A stretch of 64,000 nt of DNA from Epithemia pelagica (taxonomy: Eukaryota; Protista; Bacillariophyta): contig OX337228.1 of assembly GCA_946965045.2 (NCBI GenBank), positions 5,704,001-5,768,000 of the forward strand, in the 5' to 3' direction. Below, piece by piece: positions 21,414 through 33,307 of this stretch. Each line of letters starts with the position of its first letter. Positions within the stretch are counted from its first letter, which is position 1. Position numbers and translations under genes: made by a program. The notes under the pieces are model-generated. The model ran no database searches and was not told the origin of the DNA. It saw only the letters and a list, made by a program, of their open reading frames with translations.

Positions 21414-21965
21414 AGCCAAAACAACAACCTGATGAAGACGAAAACAACAATCAACTACATGGATGAGCCGGAAACACTCCAGAGAACCAATGCAACAATC
21501 AACAACTCCTTGTCCAAACGCAACAATCCAACAATTGATTGATGCCAAAGTGGAGCAACAACACAACTACAGAAGACGACCAGACAAGACAACAAAACAA
21601 AACCAATGATAACCTATGATGCCTGCTGCCACTGTTGACAGCACTACTGCTCTCGCCTAGACGACAAACACAGTTGGACACTCAGAGCCCCGGTGTCGTC
21701 CCTAATAATGAGATGAAGAAGACCAGGGAAGCACCCTTGTCTCGAGGAGACGAGGTCTTCATTTTTTATTCTTCATTCTTCATGCCAAGTCACAAGTCAC
21801 AAGAGGCAAGAGCGGCACAACCTCTCGTTTCTGCCCTCTCCACATTACGGGAATAAGACTAAGATTCCTTCTTTTCTTTTCTACTTATACCTAGTACTAC
21901 ACCCTACATACGTGGCTTATGTACTAGTTCTACACGGTGGACGTGCTGTCCTATAAACTTTTGGG

Positions 21966-23417
21966 ATGATACATCATCAACTCTCTAGAGCAAAAGTGAG
22001 AACTATGACGGAACAAGGTCAACACGAAGAAAAAGCCATGAGTCGAGAATTGAGACGGGCAGAGGGGAGACGTCGGAAGAAGAGGCTCATCGAAGAAGGA
22101 AATGGTGTGCGACCAAGAAAAACCACACATCCTCCTTCAGATCTAGCGAATGGAGATGGGAAGAACACAGCCTCTGTTACGAATTCACCACAACATGGGA
22201 CCAAGCGAGAACATAGAACGAGCGATGGTCCTGGGAACCACTCATCATCCCGTCGACACAAGTTTGGAAGAGTCATGGATTCAGTGCCGTGTCGACAAAA
22301 ACCAAGGTTCTCCACATTGAGTATTTCCATTCCTAGTTCCATTGTTGCCAACTGCCAAACAAAAGAACTCCGGACTCAACTAGTAGGACAAATAGCACGT
22401 GCCGCCACAATTTTCCATGTGGATGAAATTGTTGTATACGATGACAAGTTGTCGAAGGAATCGACAGGCCGTCAATTTCGGAAACGAAGGGACGCTAAAG
22501 GAGATTCTAGCAACGAAAAGTCAATCGAACAAAGTGACAATCCACACACAAAATTCGATGCGCAAGCTTTCTTTGCGCTTGTTCTGCAATACTGTGAGAC
22601 TCCTCAATATCTGCGAAGGCATTTCTTTCCCATGCATCCAGATCTACAATTCGTTGGCTTATTGGCACCAGTCGACGCTCCTCATCATGTCAGGGCTGAT
22701 GACGTTTGTCCATACAGAGAAGGCGTGGTTCTGGAAAAGAAAATCCGAAGTGGAGGATCGCTCATCAATTGTGGGGTTCCTGGTCGGCTGGTGGAGATCC
22801 CCACAAGGCTCAAGGCCGGGATACGATGCACCGTCAAGCTTGATCCATTCTCGTACAGAAAATCAGGTCAGCTGAAAGGTCAAGTTGTGTCGCCCACTGC
22901 CCCCCGTGAGGCTGATGGTACATACTGGGGTTACACCACTCGCGTGGCGGATTCGCTGAAAGCGGTGTTAGACGACAGTCCCTTTGATACCGGCTATGAT
23001 CTCAAGATCGGAACGAGCGAAAGAGGAGACTCTGACATCGACGAAGGAGGGTTCACCCTTCCTCCTTTTCAGCATGCAATAATTGTTTTTGGAGGAGTAG
23101 CTGGAATCGAAGAATGTGTAGATGCTGAAGAATCATTGAGCCTTCCTGGTGACGAAAGCAAGAAACTATTTGACTTGTGGCTCAATGTGGCCAAATACCA
23201 AGGAAGTCGTACCATTCGTACAGAGGAGGCGGTTTTCATCAGTCTTGCAAAACTAAGTCCAGCGCTGATGAAAGCAGATTCGGGGAGTCGAACAACTGTA
23301 TTTTCTCAAGAGTCAACGCCTAAAGCGGCCACGAATCCAACACCGACGGCTCCTGCATCGCAATCTATTGACTTGTCGGATAAGTCAGTTTCTGAGGAAA
23401 GCAGCGACGGGGACTAA
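21966..23417 (+). CDS. SPOUT1: SPOUT1/C9orf114-family RNA methyltransferase
   Basis: SISIPSSI..N.Q..ELRT..VGQIARAATIFHVDEIVVYDD, LQYCETPQYLR, YWGY, GTSERG, QGSRTIRTEEA motifs. Confidence 0.88.
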   Translation: MIHHQLSRAKVRTMTEQGQHEEKAMSRELRRAEGRRRKKRLIEEGNGVRPRKTTHPPSDLANGDGKNTASVTNSPQHGTKREHRTSDGPGNHSSSRRHKFGRVMDSVPCRQKPRFSTLSISIPSSIVANCQTKELRTQLVGQIARAATIFHVDEIVVYDDKLSKESTGRQFRKRRDAKGDSSNEKSIEQSDNPHTKFDAQAFFALVLQYCETPQYLRRHFFPMHPDLQFVGLLAPVDAPHHVRADDVCPYREGVVLEKKIRSGGSLINCGVPGRLVEIPTRLKAGIRCTVKLDPFSYRKSGQLKGQVVSPTAPREADGTYWGYTTRVADSLKAVLDDSPFDTGYDLKIGTSERGDSDIDEGGFTLPPFQHAIIVFGGVAGIEECVDAEESLSLPGDESKKLFDLWLNVAKYQGSRTIRTEEAVFISLAKLSPALMKADSGSRTTVFSQESTPKAATNPTPTAPASQSIDLSDKSVSEESSDGD

Positions 23418-23543
23418 GTTGTCGCTTAAAGGTACTAGGATAGCATTTCTATTCGTCCATTTCATCCATTTCTTGAAATCATCCCATTTCGCTACTCTCT
23501 GTGAAAATTATGACACCATCGAAATCATACTCCTAGGTCACTG

Positions 23544-25501
23544 ATGCTACCTTATCTATCCCGAGATAGTAGACGCGACTGTATGTCTTATGTGGTCGCT
23601 TTTATGACAGGACAAGAACGCGACCACAAGGCCAAAAACCTGGGACAATTGACAATGGCAACAACTGCGTCCAACCTGTCAATCGATCGTTCGGAACCCA
23701 GCAACAATAAACGGAAAGCTAGTGATCTGGAGAAAGTTTCTTGCCCCTACCTTGACACCATTCAGCGAACATTGCTTGATTTTGATTTTGAACCTGCCTG
23801 CAGTGTGAGTTTGGAAAGGAGCCCGCATATCTATGCATGTCTGGTTTGTGGGAAATACTTCCGCGGGAAAGGGCGTCAAACTCCGGCTTTCATACATTCG
23901 GTGGAAGAGTCACACTTCGTCTTTGTAAATCTCGCTAAGGGAACGTTCCATTGCCTTCCCGACGACTATGAGATCGAAGATCCATCTGTTGCTGATATAA
24001 GAGCTGCTCTCCATCCCACCTTCACTTCCACCAGAATCCAGCAGCTTGACTTGAACACGGGGCTTAGCCGAGATCTGTTTGGGAGGAAATACTTACCGGG
24101 GTTTGTGGGTCTCAACAACCACAAAAAGACTGACTGTATCAATGCCGTCGTCCAGGCTCTAGTCCATGTTACACCAATACGTAACTTCTTTCTATCACAA
24201 GCTCTTGCAGCAAATGACGACCAACTATCCTCGAAACATAACAACAAAGGGAAACATGGAAAAAAGAAAGTTGCTGTAAACAGATCAGCACTTCTTGTTA
24301 CTCATGCATTTGGGGAGCTAGTACGAAAGATCTGGAGTGACAAACGATTCAAATCAACAGTCGATCCACATATTCTTGTGCAGACAATAAGTGATGCGTC
24401 AAAGAAGCGATTCAGGGTTGGAGTCCAGGCCGAGGCAGGTGAACTGATTTCCTGGCTGCTCCATCAACTTCACCTTGGTACGGGCGGAACCAAGGACCCG
24501 GGGAGCAGTGTCATTCATCAAACTTTCCAAGGCGACGTAGAAGTTACCACGAAAAAAACAAGATCCGAGACAATGCGTTCGCAAAACACAGAGACCGACG
24601 ATCGACTTGGGAGTGACGATGAGACTGAGACTAAACATGCAACCGATGCAGCAAACGTGGAACCGCCGCACCCAAACTTGATAGTTGAAGAAACCACTTC
24701 AAGAAGTCACTTCCTGCAACTGACTCTTGAGATTCCTGAGAAGCCTTTGTTCCGCGACGAGGCGGGAGGCTTAGTCATTCCGCAGGAACCTCTTGTTAGC
24801 GTGCTGAAAAAGTTCGATGGATTGACCTTCTCGGATTCCATAGGTCGGAAGGGAGAAGCACAGAGAAAGCGCTATCGCTTGCAAAAGCTACCCGATTACT
24901 TGATACTACATTTGGATCGCTTCAAGAGATCCAATTACAGCAGGGAGAAGAACCCAACAATCGTTGCATTCCCAGTCAAGAACTTCGACTTGCATGAATA
25001 CGTTTATCCCTTGAAAGAAATACCAGGGATTGCATCCAAGGAACAGATAAATTCGATGTCGGTGAGTAAACTATTTTGCCATCCATGAAGTGAAGGATAC
25101 ATCGTTACATTGTTCACACTTTTTTCTTTCAATGTGATTCTTAGATAAAAGAGTTGAAGGTCTATTTTTCCAAGTTTGGTCGAGAAGACATATTCAATGG
25201 ACATGTTGACATCGCGGACTTACGAAAGGCTGCTGTTGAGTTTTCGGAGAGAACTCTACCCGACATGCTTGCTTGCAAGTATGACTTGGTGGCGAACATT
25301 ACACACGAAAGTAGCATATCCGTGGGCCGAGAAGAAAAGACAGATCCCCTTCAAGAGGGTTCTTACAAATGCCACGTCCATCACCATCCAACAAATCAGT
25401 GGTACGAAATACAGGATATCCACGTGCACGAGATCATGGCTCAACAGATTGGTCTTTCTGAGAGTTACGTTTTGGTGTTTCGTCGAAAAGGGGTAAGTTG
25501 A
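23544..25501 (+). CDS. USP39: USP39/SAD1 U4/U6.U5 tri-snRNP-associated protein (exons 23544-25061, 25145-25501)
   Basis: ZnF-UBP (CPYLDTI.R..LDFDFE..C, YACLVCGKYF.G.G), YLPGFVGLNN, EKNPTIV.FP, KYDLVANITH, WYEIQD; in-frame GT-AG intron 25062-25144. Confidence 0.92.
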
Positions 25502-25549
25502 GATACAAATCTCCCATCTAATACATTAATAGTTAGTGAGGATCCGATG

Positions 25550-26305
25550 CTACACATTGAACAAGTCCTTGTTTTCTTCTAGAAACGAAGCATGGAGTTC
25601 ATGTGCTTCGACCCAGTTCTTCATAGCTTGTCTGTCCTCTTCTTCTCTCACTGGGAGATTAAAAATTGACGTCGGCTTTTCGTCAGGAACCGCTGTCAGA
25701 ATAGGGGGAGAGATGGTGGATAGAAATGGTCCCTCCATTTCACGCCATCCATCTTTCGAAAGAGCCAAGATACACTCTTCTGGTGGGAGTGACCACAATT
25801 CTTGACATGCCTTATCATCTTTTTCAGCATTGTACTTCTTCGCGTGTGCTTCGGCGAGTTTCATTAAGGAGGCAGTGATCATTTCTTCAAGACATATACC
25901 GATGGAAACCATCGCAGACTGGTCGAATGAACCGATAAGATGGTGTAATCGTTTATCCGGCGCTTTGTCTATGATCTGATTCGCTTCTTCGCGGATAATA
26001 TATAGTAGCGACATCGGAAGAGGACTTGAGGGAAGGTCCAACAACGGATTAAAGGGATTACCCACTGGATCTGCGGATGAACTTGATTCGTTGGTGGCCC
26101 AGCCTACCAGCGTGTCCAATTCGACAGCAGAAACTTGTTGGCAAAGCGGAAAGCAAGTTGCTCTAAATCCCTCTGCCATTCCGTACCAGTCATTCATCAG
26201 ATGGCGCTCGGCAAACGATAAATACCTTTCGTTCTCTTTCCTCCTTTTAGCTGGATTCTTCCCTACATCTTGTCGAAGTCGCTTGGTCTTGAGTCGACTT
26301 GTCAT
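25550..26305 (-). CDS. Hypothetical protein (251 aa)
   Basis: Long ATG-initiated ORF filling the gap between USP39 and NudC; basic N-terminus; family not certain. Confidence 0.6.
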   Translation of the reverse strand: MTSRLKTKRLRQDVGKNPAKRRKENERYLSFAERHLMNDWYGMAEGFRATCFPLCQQVSAVELDTLVGWATNESSSSADPVGNPFNPLLDLPSSPLPMSLLYIIREEANQIIDKAPDKRLHHLIGSFDQSAMVSIGICLEEMITASLMKLAEAHAKKYNAEKDDKACQELWSLPPEECILALSKDGWREMEGPFLSTISPPILTAVPDEKPTSIFNLPVREEEDRQAMKNWVEAHELHASFLEENKDLFNV

Positions 26306-26706
26306 TTTAGGGAAGGCAAGGATTTGACTGGTGTTGTGGTTTTTATGTCATCAATCATGGGATATGGGATCATCTCAGAGGAGATGGTGGATGGACGATG
26401 GACGCATTGGTCATGGAATAAAAGCGCGACTCAAAAAATGCCGATGGTGGGACAATCAAGCATACTCCTAGACTACACTACTCCTACCTAGGTCCACATC
26501 TACTCCTAGAAACAAATCAAGGAATACATAGGAGTAACAACATAACAACGGATACATCTACGAGTATAACAACATCAGCTCATCGGCTTTCTGATCACGT
26601 CGCATTCAGAAGTTGGAAGATCGAGTGGAAAGAATGATGAATCAAAAGAAAGAAGATGAAGTTTGGTTTTCTAACTAAAGAAGACACTGGCTGGGATATT
26701 CGTTTC

Positions 26707-27657
26707 TTACTTTCTAAGCGACGAAAGAGTTTTACCATCAATAAACTCAACCCCTGGAGGCAAGTTCTCAGGAGTAATCGGTTTAGCACTGGCGATTTGC
26801 TCAGAAGTTGGAAAGCCCTGTTTTGCTTGGTTTTGTTCGAACATAATCTTTCGAATACTGGCCTGAGTTGACTCATCGTAGTCTGTTATGTGTCGCCTAG
26901 AATCTACCAAGGACGTGTCTATCTTTGCGTCTCCTTCGATTATTGTTGACCAAAAGGTTTTCGTTTTCTTGTACAGAGTCAGAAGAAGGACACCACCCTC
27001 CAGAGTCCAAGTTGATTCGTCAGTAACGATCGAATCAACTAGTTTACCCTCCAGAAACAGAGTCGTATCACCATCGTCCGCGGCTGCTTGTTTTGATCGC
27101 ACAGAGACTGATGTTGACTTGATTTCCACTTTTAGATCTTTCGCCCGTAACACATCTGGAATAGGAACAATTACACTGCATTCTTCCAAGTTTTGGGTCC
27201 AGGTGTAAGACTTTGTTGTTCCCCCATTCCCAACAGGAATTTGAAGTCCTTCATCTGTAAGACGAATTTCCTCTATGGCAGGTATCCGAGTTTCTTCTTT
27301 GTTCGAAGACTTGCGCTCTGCCGACTGATAAGATTTGATGTTCTTCTCTTGGATAGGTACCTCCGAGTTTGTGGTTGCTTCTGATGAGGCACGCTGCTTG
27401 GGAACTCGACGTAAGGGAAACTGCCGAAAGGACGCCAACAAAAGCTTCTCAGCGTCACCTTGCCGAAAGCCCATTTTCGCGGTTCCGTCCCTTAGATCAT
27501 CATCATGGGGAACAAAATAGAAATCGGTTCGCCTATGAAGAAAACTAAAAAACGATGACAACACCTTTTGCAGATCACCATCACATCTCTGCGTCAGAGC
27601 AATGAGGGGTTCGTCCAAAGCTTCTGTGGCGGAAGAGTTTGATGGGGAGGACGCCAT
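26707..27657 (-). CDS. nudC: NudC-family co-chaperone (CS/p23 domain)
   Basis: FFSFLHRRTDFY N-domain, GNGG....YTWTQ.LEE, ESTWTLE, L.LYK....W, ASIRKIMFEQ.Q...G.PTS. Confidence 0.88.
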   Translation of the reverse strand: MASSPSNSSATEALDEPLIALTQRCDGDLQKVLSSFFSFLHRRTDFYFVPHDDDLRDGTAKMGFRQGDAEKLLLASFRQFPLRRVPKQRASSEATTNSEVPIQEKNIKSYQSAERKSSNKEETRIPAIEEIRLTDEGLQIPVGNGGTTKSYTWTQNLEECSVIVPIPDVLRAKDLKVEIKSTSVSVRSKQAAADDGDTTLFLEGKLVDSIVTDESTWTLEGGVLLLTLYKKTKTFWSTIIEGDAKIDTSLVDSRRHITDYDESTQASIRKIMFEQNQAKQGFPTSEQIASAKPITPENLPPGVEFIDGKTLSSLRK

Positions 27658-27817
27658 TGTTGTTCTGTGCTTTTTGGTGTATGGTTGTGGAGATGGAGTC
27701 GAAGTGGGACCAATGCTGGAGCGGGTAAAGAGAAGAAATTTAAAAATTTAAATTCCACATGCCGAATGCCGAGCGCACCCCACCCGTTTGTGTGTTACGA
27801 GTATCCATAGTTTCGGA

Positions 27818-30331
27818 ATGGACAAAGAAGGTGCAACCATGAAAGCGGGGATCGGGATCTGTTCGCCAGTATCATATCATCCTCCCATGAAGAAGCAACG
27901 AGGTGGTATCACTCCGCAAAACGACAAAGACCGAGGTGTATCCAAAGATACTTCCGACGCAATTGCTCGTCGGCGACAAGAACTGGCTCGTCTGCAGACG
28001 TCATTTCAGCAACGCCCCAAGTTTGGTGCTGCGACAGGATCCGTTTCGGTTGATGGAGGAACTAAAGGGGCTGCGTCATCTTCTTCAGTGCGAACAGCGG
28101 CCACTGTTCCTGCTTCACATGCGATTCCTCCTCAGCAACGGTTTGTCCAGCCTCGGAAGAGTGACATATTCCCGTCGGTGCCCAAGTCTTCATCTTCCGC
28201 TGGGAATGAGCAGTTAGCTGCGATGGCTGCTGCGGCTGCTGCTGTAACACAGCAGGAGCACTCTTCAACACCGGCCATTGCGCGTCGTCTTGAAGAAAAC
28301 TTTGAGAAGAACGACGACCCCTCCGCTTCTCAACCTCGAAATAACAACGGAGTGCGTGTCACACGCCCAGCAAGTGCACCACCCCGCCCTCCACCACCAC
28401 CACCGCCGCCTTCCACAGAAACCCGAGCACCTGTACCAAAGCCCAGTTCTGGAGCATCGTTGACTGGTGAGCAAAAACAACAGCCACCGGCACCAACTAC
28501 AACAAATAATGTATCGCGGAGCTATACTGGTCGCCCGGAACCTATCACTCCTCAGTTCAAGAAAAAGGATCCGGCAGCTCAACCTGAGAACCACAATGTT
28601 GGTCGCCCAGAAGCTAAATTTCCCTCTACGCCTCTTCCTTCTGAACCATCCGACACCCAACCTCATCAACCACCTTTAACCAACCTATCGACAGATGCTC
28701 CACCACGTCCTGATTCGTCCGCTGAAGCGTCTCAAGAAACTATAGGCCAGAAGAAAACTTCGTTCGCTCCAACTCCAGCTAAAGTTGTCTCCACGGAGAT
28801 CCCTCCGATGACGGAGAGTAAGGCTGAATCCACCCAACTCGCTCCGACCAAAGCGTTTGCTGGAGTGACACCGTTTCCAAAGGTCTCGAAACCAATAGCA
28901 CCGGCAGCGCATACACCTTTTGTTACAAAGGTCGATTTAGGTGAAGATGAGAATCAAGCGTCTACTCGTAAGGAAACTTTGATGCGTATGCGAGCATTAG
29001 CGGACACTCCTGCAAAGGGTGCAGGCGGAGAAGCTCCTGAAGAGTCACCGTCGCAGCAAGAAGCCTCAGCGATCTTGCGACTCCAAAAGCAACTCGCGCA
29101 GTCCCAGAAAGAGAAAACGAATGCCTTGCGACAAGTAAAGGAGCTAGAAGAAACGCTTGAAGAATTAAAAAAGCGAGAGAGCGAGACGGTGGCCCAACAG
29201 ACTGAGTCGCCATCAACTCTTGGGTTTCTCTCGCCCGTTGTGCAAGCTTCAATACCTTCAACTCCATCGCTTGTCGTGTCGCCGATGCACGCAATCGCAT
29301 CACCTCCTCCGCGACGTCGTCGTGTGCCTACTCCGTTTCCAAAGAAGCGTGAAATGGGAACGGAAACCCCGGAGAACACTAGGAGTACGGATTCGGTCAG
29401 TGAGGAAGAGCAACTACGCCCGTTTCTAATTGAAGCAGCAGCTGATGTTTCGTATGAATACGAGTCAGAAATTGCCACCTTTTTGGTGAGACGACCCTAT
29501 GGTGCAGAAACGGACCAGGATTTGTGGTTCGAAAATGGGGAGGTGGGATCCAAAGTGTACCAGCAGTCGGCCAGTGTGTACGAACTTCATACCATTGAAG
29601 TGGTTGCAATGATTCGTGTGGATGGTTCGACGTTGCTTCTGCATGGAGAAGATTCCGTAAGACATGGTTCACGCGATGGAGCGTGGGAAAAATTCCCCAA
29701 CTGCAGTGGGGGTGACACGAAGGATGAAAAACCACTTGGTAACGTGACCTATATCGATGCCGAGGCAAACGAGCTCACCTATTCGCTCGATGATCTCTAC
29801 GAAAATGCTTTATCTATCCGCCAAATCTATGGAAGTTCATTGCATTCCTTTGCCATGGGACTTCAGAAAAAGTCAAAAGATAAACAAGTTTCTTTGCCGG
29901 AGGATGAACCTCCAATGATGGTGCAGGAGATTCCTGCAACTCCCACCTTCCGTCAAGAGGAGATGAATCCACCGGTGGCCGCTGTCGAGAAAGTCGATGC
30001 GTCAGTGGATACAGAAGGCTTGCTACCCCCTGAAGCGCAGCCTCAAGTGCAGGAGCAAGTGCAGGAGCAAATGCCCCCACCAGAACCTCAAAAGCCAATC
30101 CCTGCTCCACAAGAAGATAGCAACGTCCTGGGTGTGTTTGTTGCCATGATTATTTCGCTGTTTTGGAATGCACTGGTAGTGTTTCCCCTTCGCATTTTGA
30201 GCACTATTTTGACTTGGTCGATAGCGATTGGCTTCTTGGCGTTCATCTGGTTGTATCTTCGCGAGCCTCCGTCTTTGATTGGTGGTGCCACACCAATTGC
30301 GCAATTGTTGAACCCCGCAGGCATTGCCTAA
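27818..30331 (+). CDS. Hypothetical Pro/Ser-rich protein with coiled coil and two C-terminal hydrophobic segments
   Basis: Single ORF of >830 codons; polyPro, coiled coil (LRLQKQLAQSQKEK...), C-terminal TM helices. Confidence 0.7.
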   Translation: MDKEGATMKAGIGICSPVSYHPPMKKQRGGITPQNDKDRGVSKDTSDAIARRRQELARLQTSFQQRPKFGAATGSVSVDGGTKGAASSSSVRTAATVPASHAIPPQQRFVQPRKSDIFPSVPKSSSSAGNEQLAAMAAAAAAVTQQEHSSTPAIARRLEENFEKNDDPSASQPRNNNGVRVTRPASAPPRPPPPPPPPSTETRAPVPKPSSGASLTGEQKQQPPAPTTTNNVSRSYTGRPEPITPQFKKKDPAAQPENHNVGRPEAKFPSTPLPSEPSDTQPHQPPLTNLSTDAPPRPDSSAEASQETIGQKKTSFAPTPAKVVSTEIPPMTESKAESTQLAPTKAFAGVTPFPKVSKPIAPAAHTPFVTKVDLGEDENQASTRKETLMRMRALADTPAKGAGGEAPEESPSQQEASAILRLQKQLAQSQKEKTNALRQVKELEETLEELKKRESETVAQQTESPSTLGFLSPVVQASIPSTPSLVVSPMHAIASPPPRRRRVPTPFPKKREMGTETPENTRSTDSVSEEEQLRPFLIEAAADVSYEYESEIATFLVRRPYGAETDQDLWFENGEVGSKVYQQSASVYELHTIEVVAMIRVDGSTLLLHGEDSVRHGSRDGAWEKFPNCSGGDTKDEKPLGNVTYIDAEANELTYSLDDLYENALSIRQIYGSSLHSFAMGLQKKSKDKQVSLPEDEPPMMVQEIPATPTFRQEEMNPPVAAVEKVDASVDTEGLLPPEAQPQVQEQVQEQMPPPEPQKPIPAPQEDSNVLGVFVAMIISLFWNALVVFPLRILSTILTWSIAIGFLAFIWLYLREPPSLIGGATPIAQLLNPAGIA

Positions 30332-30644
30332 GTGTGGGTTGGGAGGGATTTCCTGTTGATGCTCCACATCGGCGATGTTTTCTTCTTCAAAACTAAGAAT
30401 ACATCGCCGACACATTCCAAACGATATTCTTACATTGGAAGGGATTTGTGCGGATATCCTTATACGGGAAGGGATTTGTGTGGATACTCCAAGGTGGAGA
30501 GGACCAGATTTCGAGAGGAAGACAAAATCGTAGTTCATGCAATGTGTTTCTTATAGAGCTCAAAAATCCTTGAGTCAAGCGTACAATCAACAGAACACAA
30601 GAATGAGTGACGTTGTGCAACACTAGTTCTATGACATGATAGAA

Positions 30645-31403
30645 CTAATTTAGCGCCGGCCAATCTCCCTTGAATCGATAATAGTGATTACAGTATCCCA
30701 GGGGATTCTTCTCCAAATATTGCTGATGTTCTTCATGTGCAGGATAGAACGGATTCAAGTCAGCAACAACAGTTTCCACTTTCTTTCCGGCATACTTGAC
30801 TTTTCCCGCATCGACCATGGACTGAAGGTTGCTCTTGACGCTATTTGCAATATCCTTTTGTTTTTCGTCCCCACAAAAAATCACTGAGCCATACTGGGTG
30901 CCAACATCATTGCCCTGGCGATTCAATGTTGTTGGGTCGTGAAATTGAAAAAAGAACTTGATCAAAGCTTCGTAATGGGCATCTGGATCAACCAACTCCA
31001 CGTATAGAACTTCTACATGACCAGTTGATCCTGAACAAACTTGTCGATACGATGGATCCTTCATAGCGTTGGGATCCTCTGACATGAATCCTACAGAAGC
31101 TTGTTGAATGGAGTTGGGGTACATTTTTTGAAAGTCTTTGACGACAAACTTTTCCGTGCCCCAATAGCATCCTTTCGTGTTTCGACATGGTTGTAGCCAG
31201 GAACATCACATTGGAGCAGATTTCGACAAGGAAACAACGTGAGCGTTGGATCACACGATAGAAAAGAGTGGGGAAGACAGAGGCGATCGGATCATAGAAG
31301 AAGCTTCACCTAGAATGGGATGAAACGACAATGAAAAATTGAAGCAGTAGCGAAACAAGTCGGACATCTTACCGGCTCCAAGTGCAAGCTTCGGGGATAG
31401 CAT
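30645..31403 (-). CDS. msrA: Peptide methionine sulfoxide reductase MsrA (exons 31403-31373, 31171-30645)
   Basis: Intron 31172-31372 reconstitutes LGAG|CYWG; YRQVCSGSTGHVEV, HDPTTLNRQGNDVGTQYGS, AHEEHQQYL..NP.GYC. Confidence 0.93.
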
Positions 31404-31645
31404 GATCGACTAGGGTTGACTCAGAGACCTGTTCGGATGAGAGGTTTGTGCAATGGACTGCAGCGATTCGGTTTTCGGTTGCCTGTCTGTGCGTTGCTTT
31501 TGCAGGGTACTCCATAGCTATGTGGTCGGTGTCTCTCTGCTGCTATTATACTGTGAGTAGTTCTATTTGCTCGTTTTATGTTCAATGGGATTGCCTATGC
31601 TCCCTAGTAGTTCACTGTTTGTGAAAGTACCACACGCACGGCGTT

Positions 31646-32837
31646 TCATCGCTTTTCGAGTTCACTGCCCTCGACGTCTACACCCATGGACGCTGCATGC
31701 TTAGCCATGAGGTGCTCTTTGGCTGAAATGGGTGGGTATCGGGGTTCTGAATTAGGATCAAAATCACGAGTATCCACGGTGCAATCCCCATTGACACTGA
31801 CAAAGTAGGCGATGGACTGTCGTCGGTCAGCATCTTCCTTTGTGACAATGACACGATGCAGGGTAGACAGCCATTGGTCTGTGATGAACGAGCGACAATG
31901 CTAATCGTTAGTCCGGGGATTCCTGAACAGCATGAGGGCAGAAGAAACGCATTCACATCAGCGTACCATTGGTCCATCGTCGCATCAGATCACCAAGATT
32001 AATGATGAAGGCATCGTTTAGATATGGAACGTCCACCCAATCTTCCGAATCCAAGTCTTTCTTTACTTGAAGTCCAGGTCCATCACTTTTCAAAATTGTC
32101 AACGTTCCATAATCGGTATGCGCCGACGCTCGCAATTGTCCTGGTTCTATTTGCGACTGTTTGACCGGAAAGTAATTGAGAATACGCAAGGCCGACAAAT
32201 GATGATCCATCTTGTCGGCAAACCATGTCGCAGGATTGGGAAGATCCAACGCAACAGCGAATATATGAAGGAGCTGTAAAGCCAATCGCTCCATAGCCAG
32301 ATAATACGATGTCAGGGCAGGCTCTAGTTCCACCGGTTCCTTCGGGAAACGACGACTCGGCATTCCAGCCTCTGGATTGTAGGGACCAATGGAAAACGTC
32401 TCCTTCAGATCTGGTGACGTTTGTCTAGTACCAGCGGATCCATCCTGTGCTTTTGTTTCGGTTTGTTTTCCGTGCGAGAGAACTTCGCTGTTTTCGTAGC
32501 CGTATGGATAGTCCAGAACTTGATTGGAAAAGGACACAGCTAGCTTTTTGTCCTCTCGCATGTCGAAAAATGCCATGGATGCAGATTGGGCCGCTTCGAC
32601 AATCGACAGATCGACACCGTGATTCCGAATGGCAAAGAATCCCACTTCTCGGCAAGCGGTGGCAACGGCTTTGACCACGGATTGTCGAGCTTGTTCCTCC
32701 TCATTTCCGTCGGGAATGCTTGTTCCTTGTTCCTCATGCGCATAAAGTTTTGTCCATGGTTCAATGTCAATGACAGGAATGGTAAGCTTCTTGGCCGTCA
32801 TTGTTCTTTCTTTCGCGTCCAGAGTCGAATCCGCCAT
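31646..32837 (-). CDS. IPNS/DIOX-family 2OG-Fe(II) oxygenase (exons 32837-31967, 31878-31646)
   Basis: DIOX_N (IPVIDI, ACREVGFF...HGV), AHTDYG (HxD); after intron 31879-31966, WTN|DQWLSTLHRV and RQSIAYF (RxS). Confidence 0.9.
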
Positions 32838-33307
32838 CTACAAAAAATGGTTCTTTGGTCACGTTACTTATGCGCGACCCACCCATTTTCATAGGATCTT
32901 GAGGGTATGACGTGTCGGAAATTGGTCGTGACTAATCCTGCGAATCATTCCCGGTAGCATACCAGCGACTGAGAAAGTTCCAACCGCCCCTCCCCCCCAC
33001 TCCCACTCCCATCCCGCTTCCCCACTTCCTTGGAGCGTTGCGTCACATGCTCACTGTCGTTGTGACTGTAAGAAGGCCCACCATCCTCATTCCTCATTAC
33101 GAGTACAATAGAGACAGAGGCAGACTCTCCAGATTCAGAGGATATACCCACAAGCGAGTGACTTCTCAGTCCCAACAACAGTCTTTTTTCTGAGAAATTC
33201 ATAGCAAACATCAAATTGCGAGACCCAGGACGAGTGCAAAAGTGACAGGCTTGAGTGCATATTCAAGCTTTCTCAAGACGTACAAAAGATCTGCTGCAAT
33301 CACAAAG

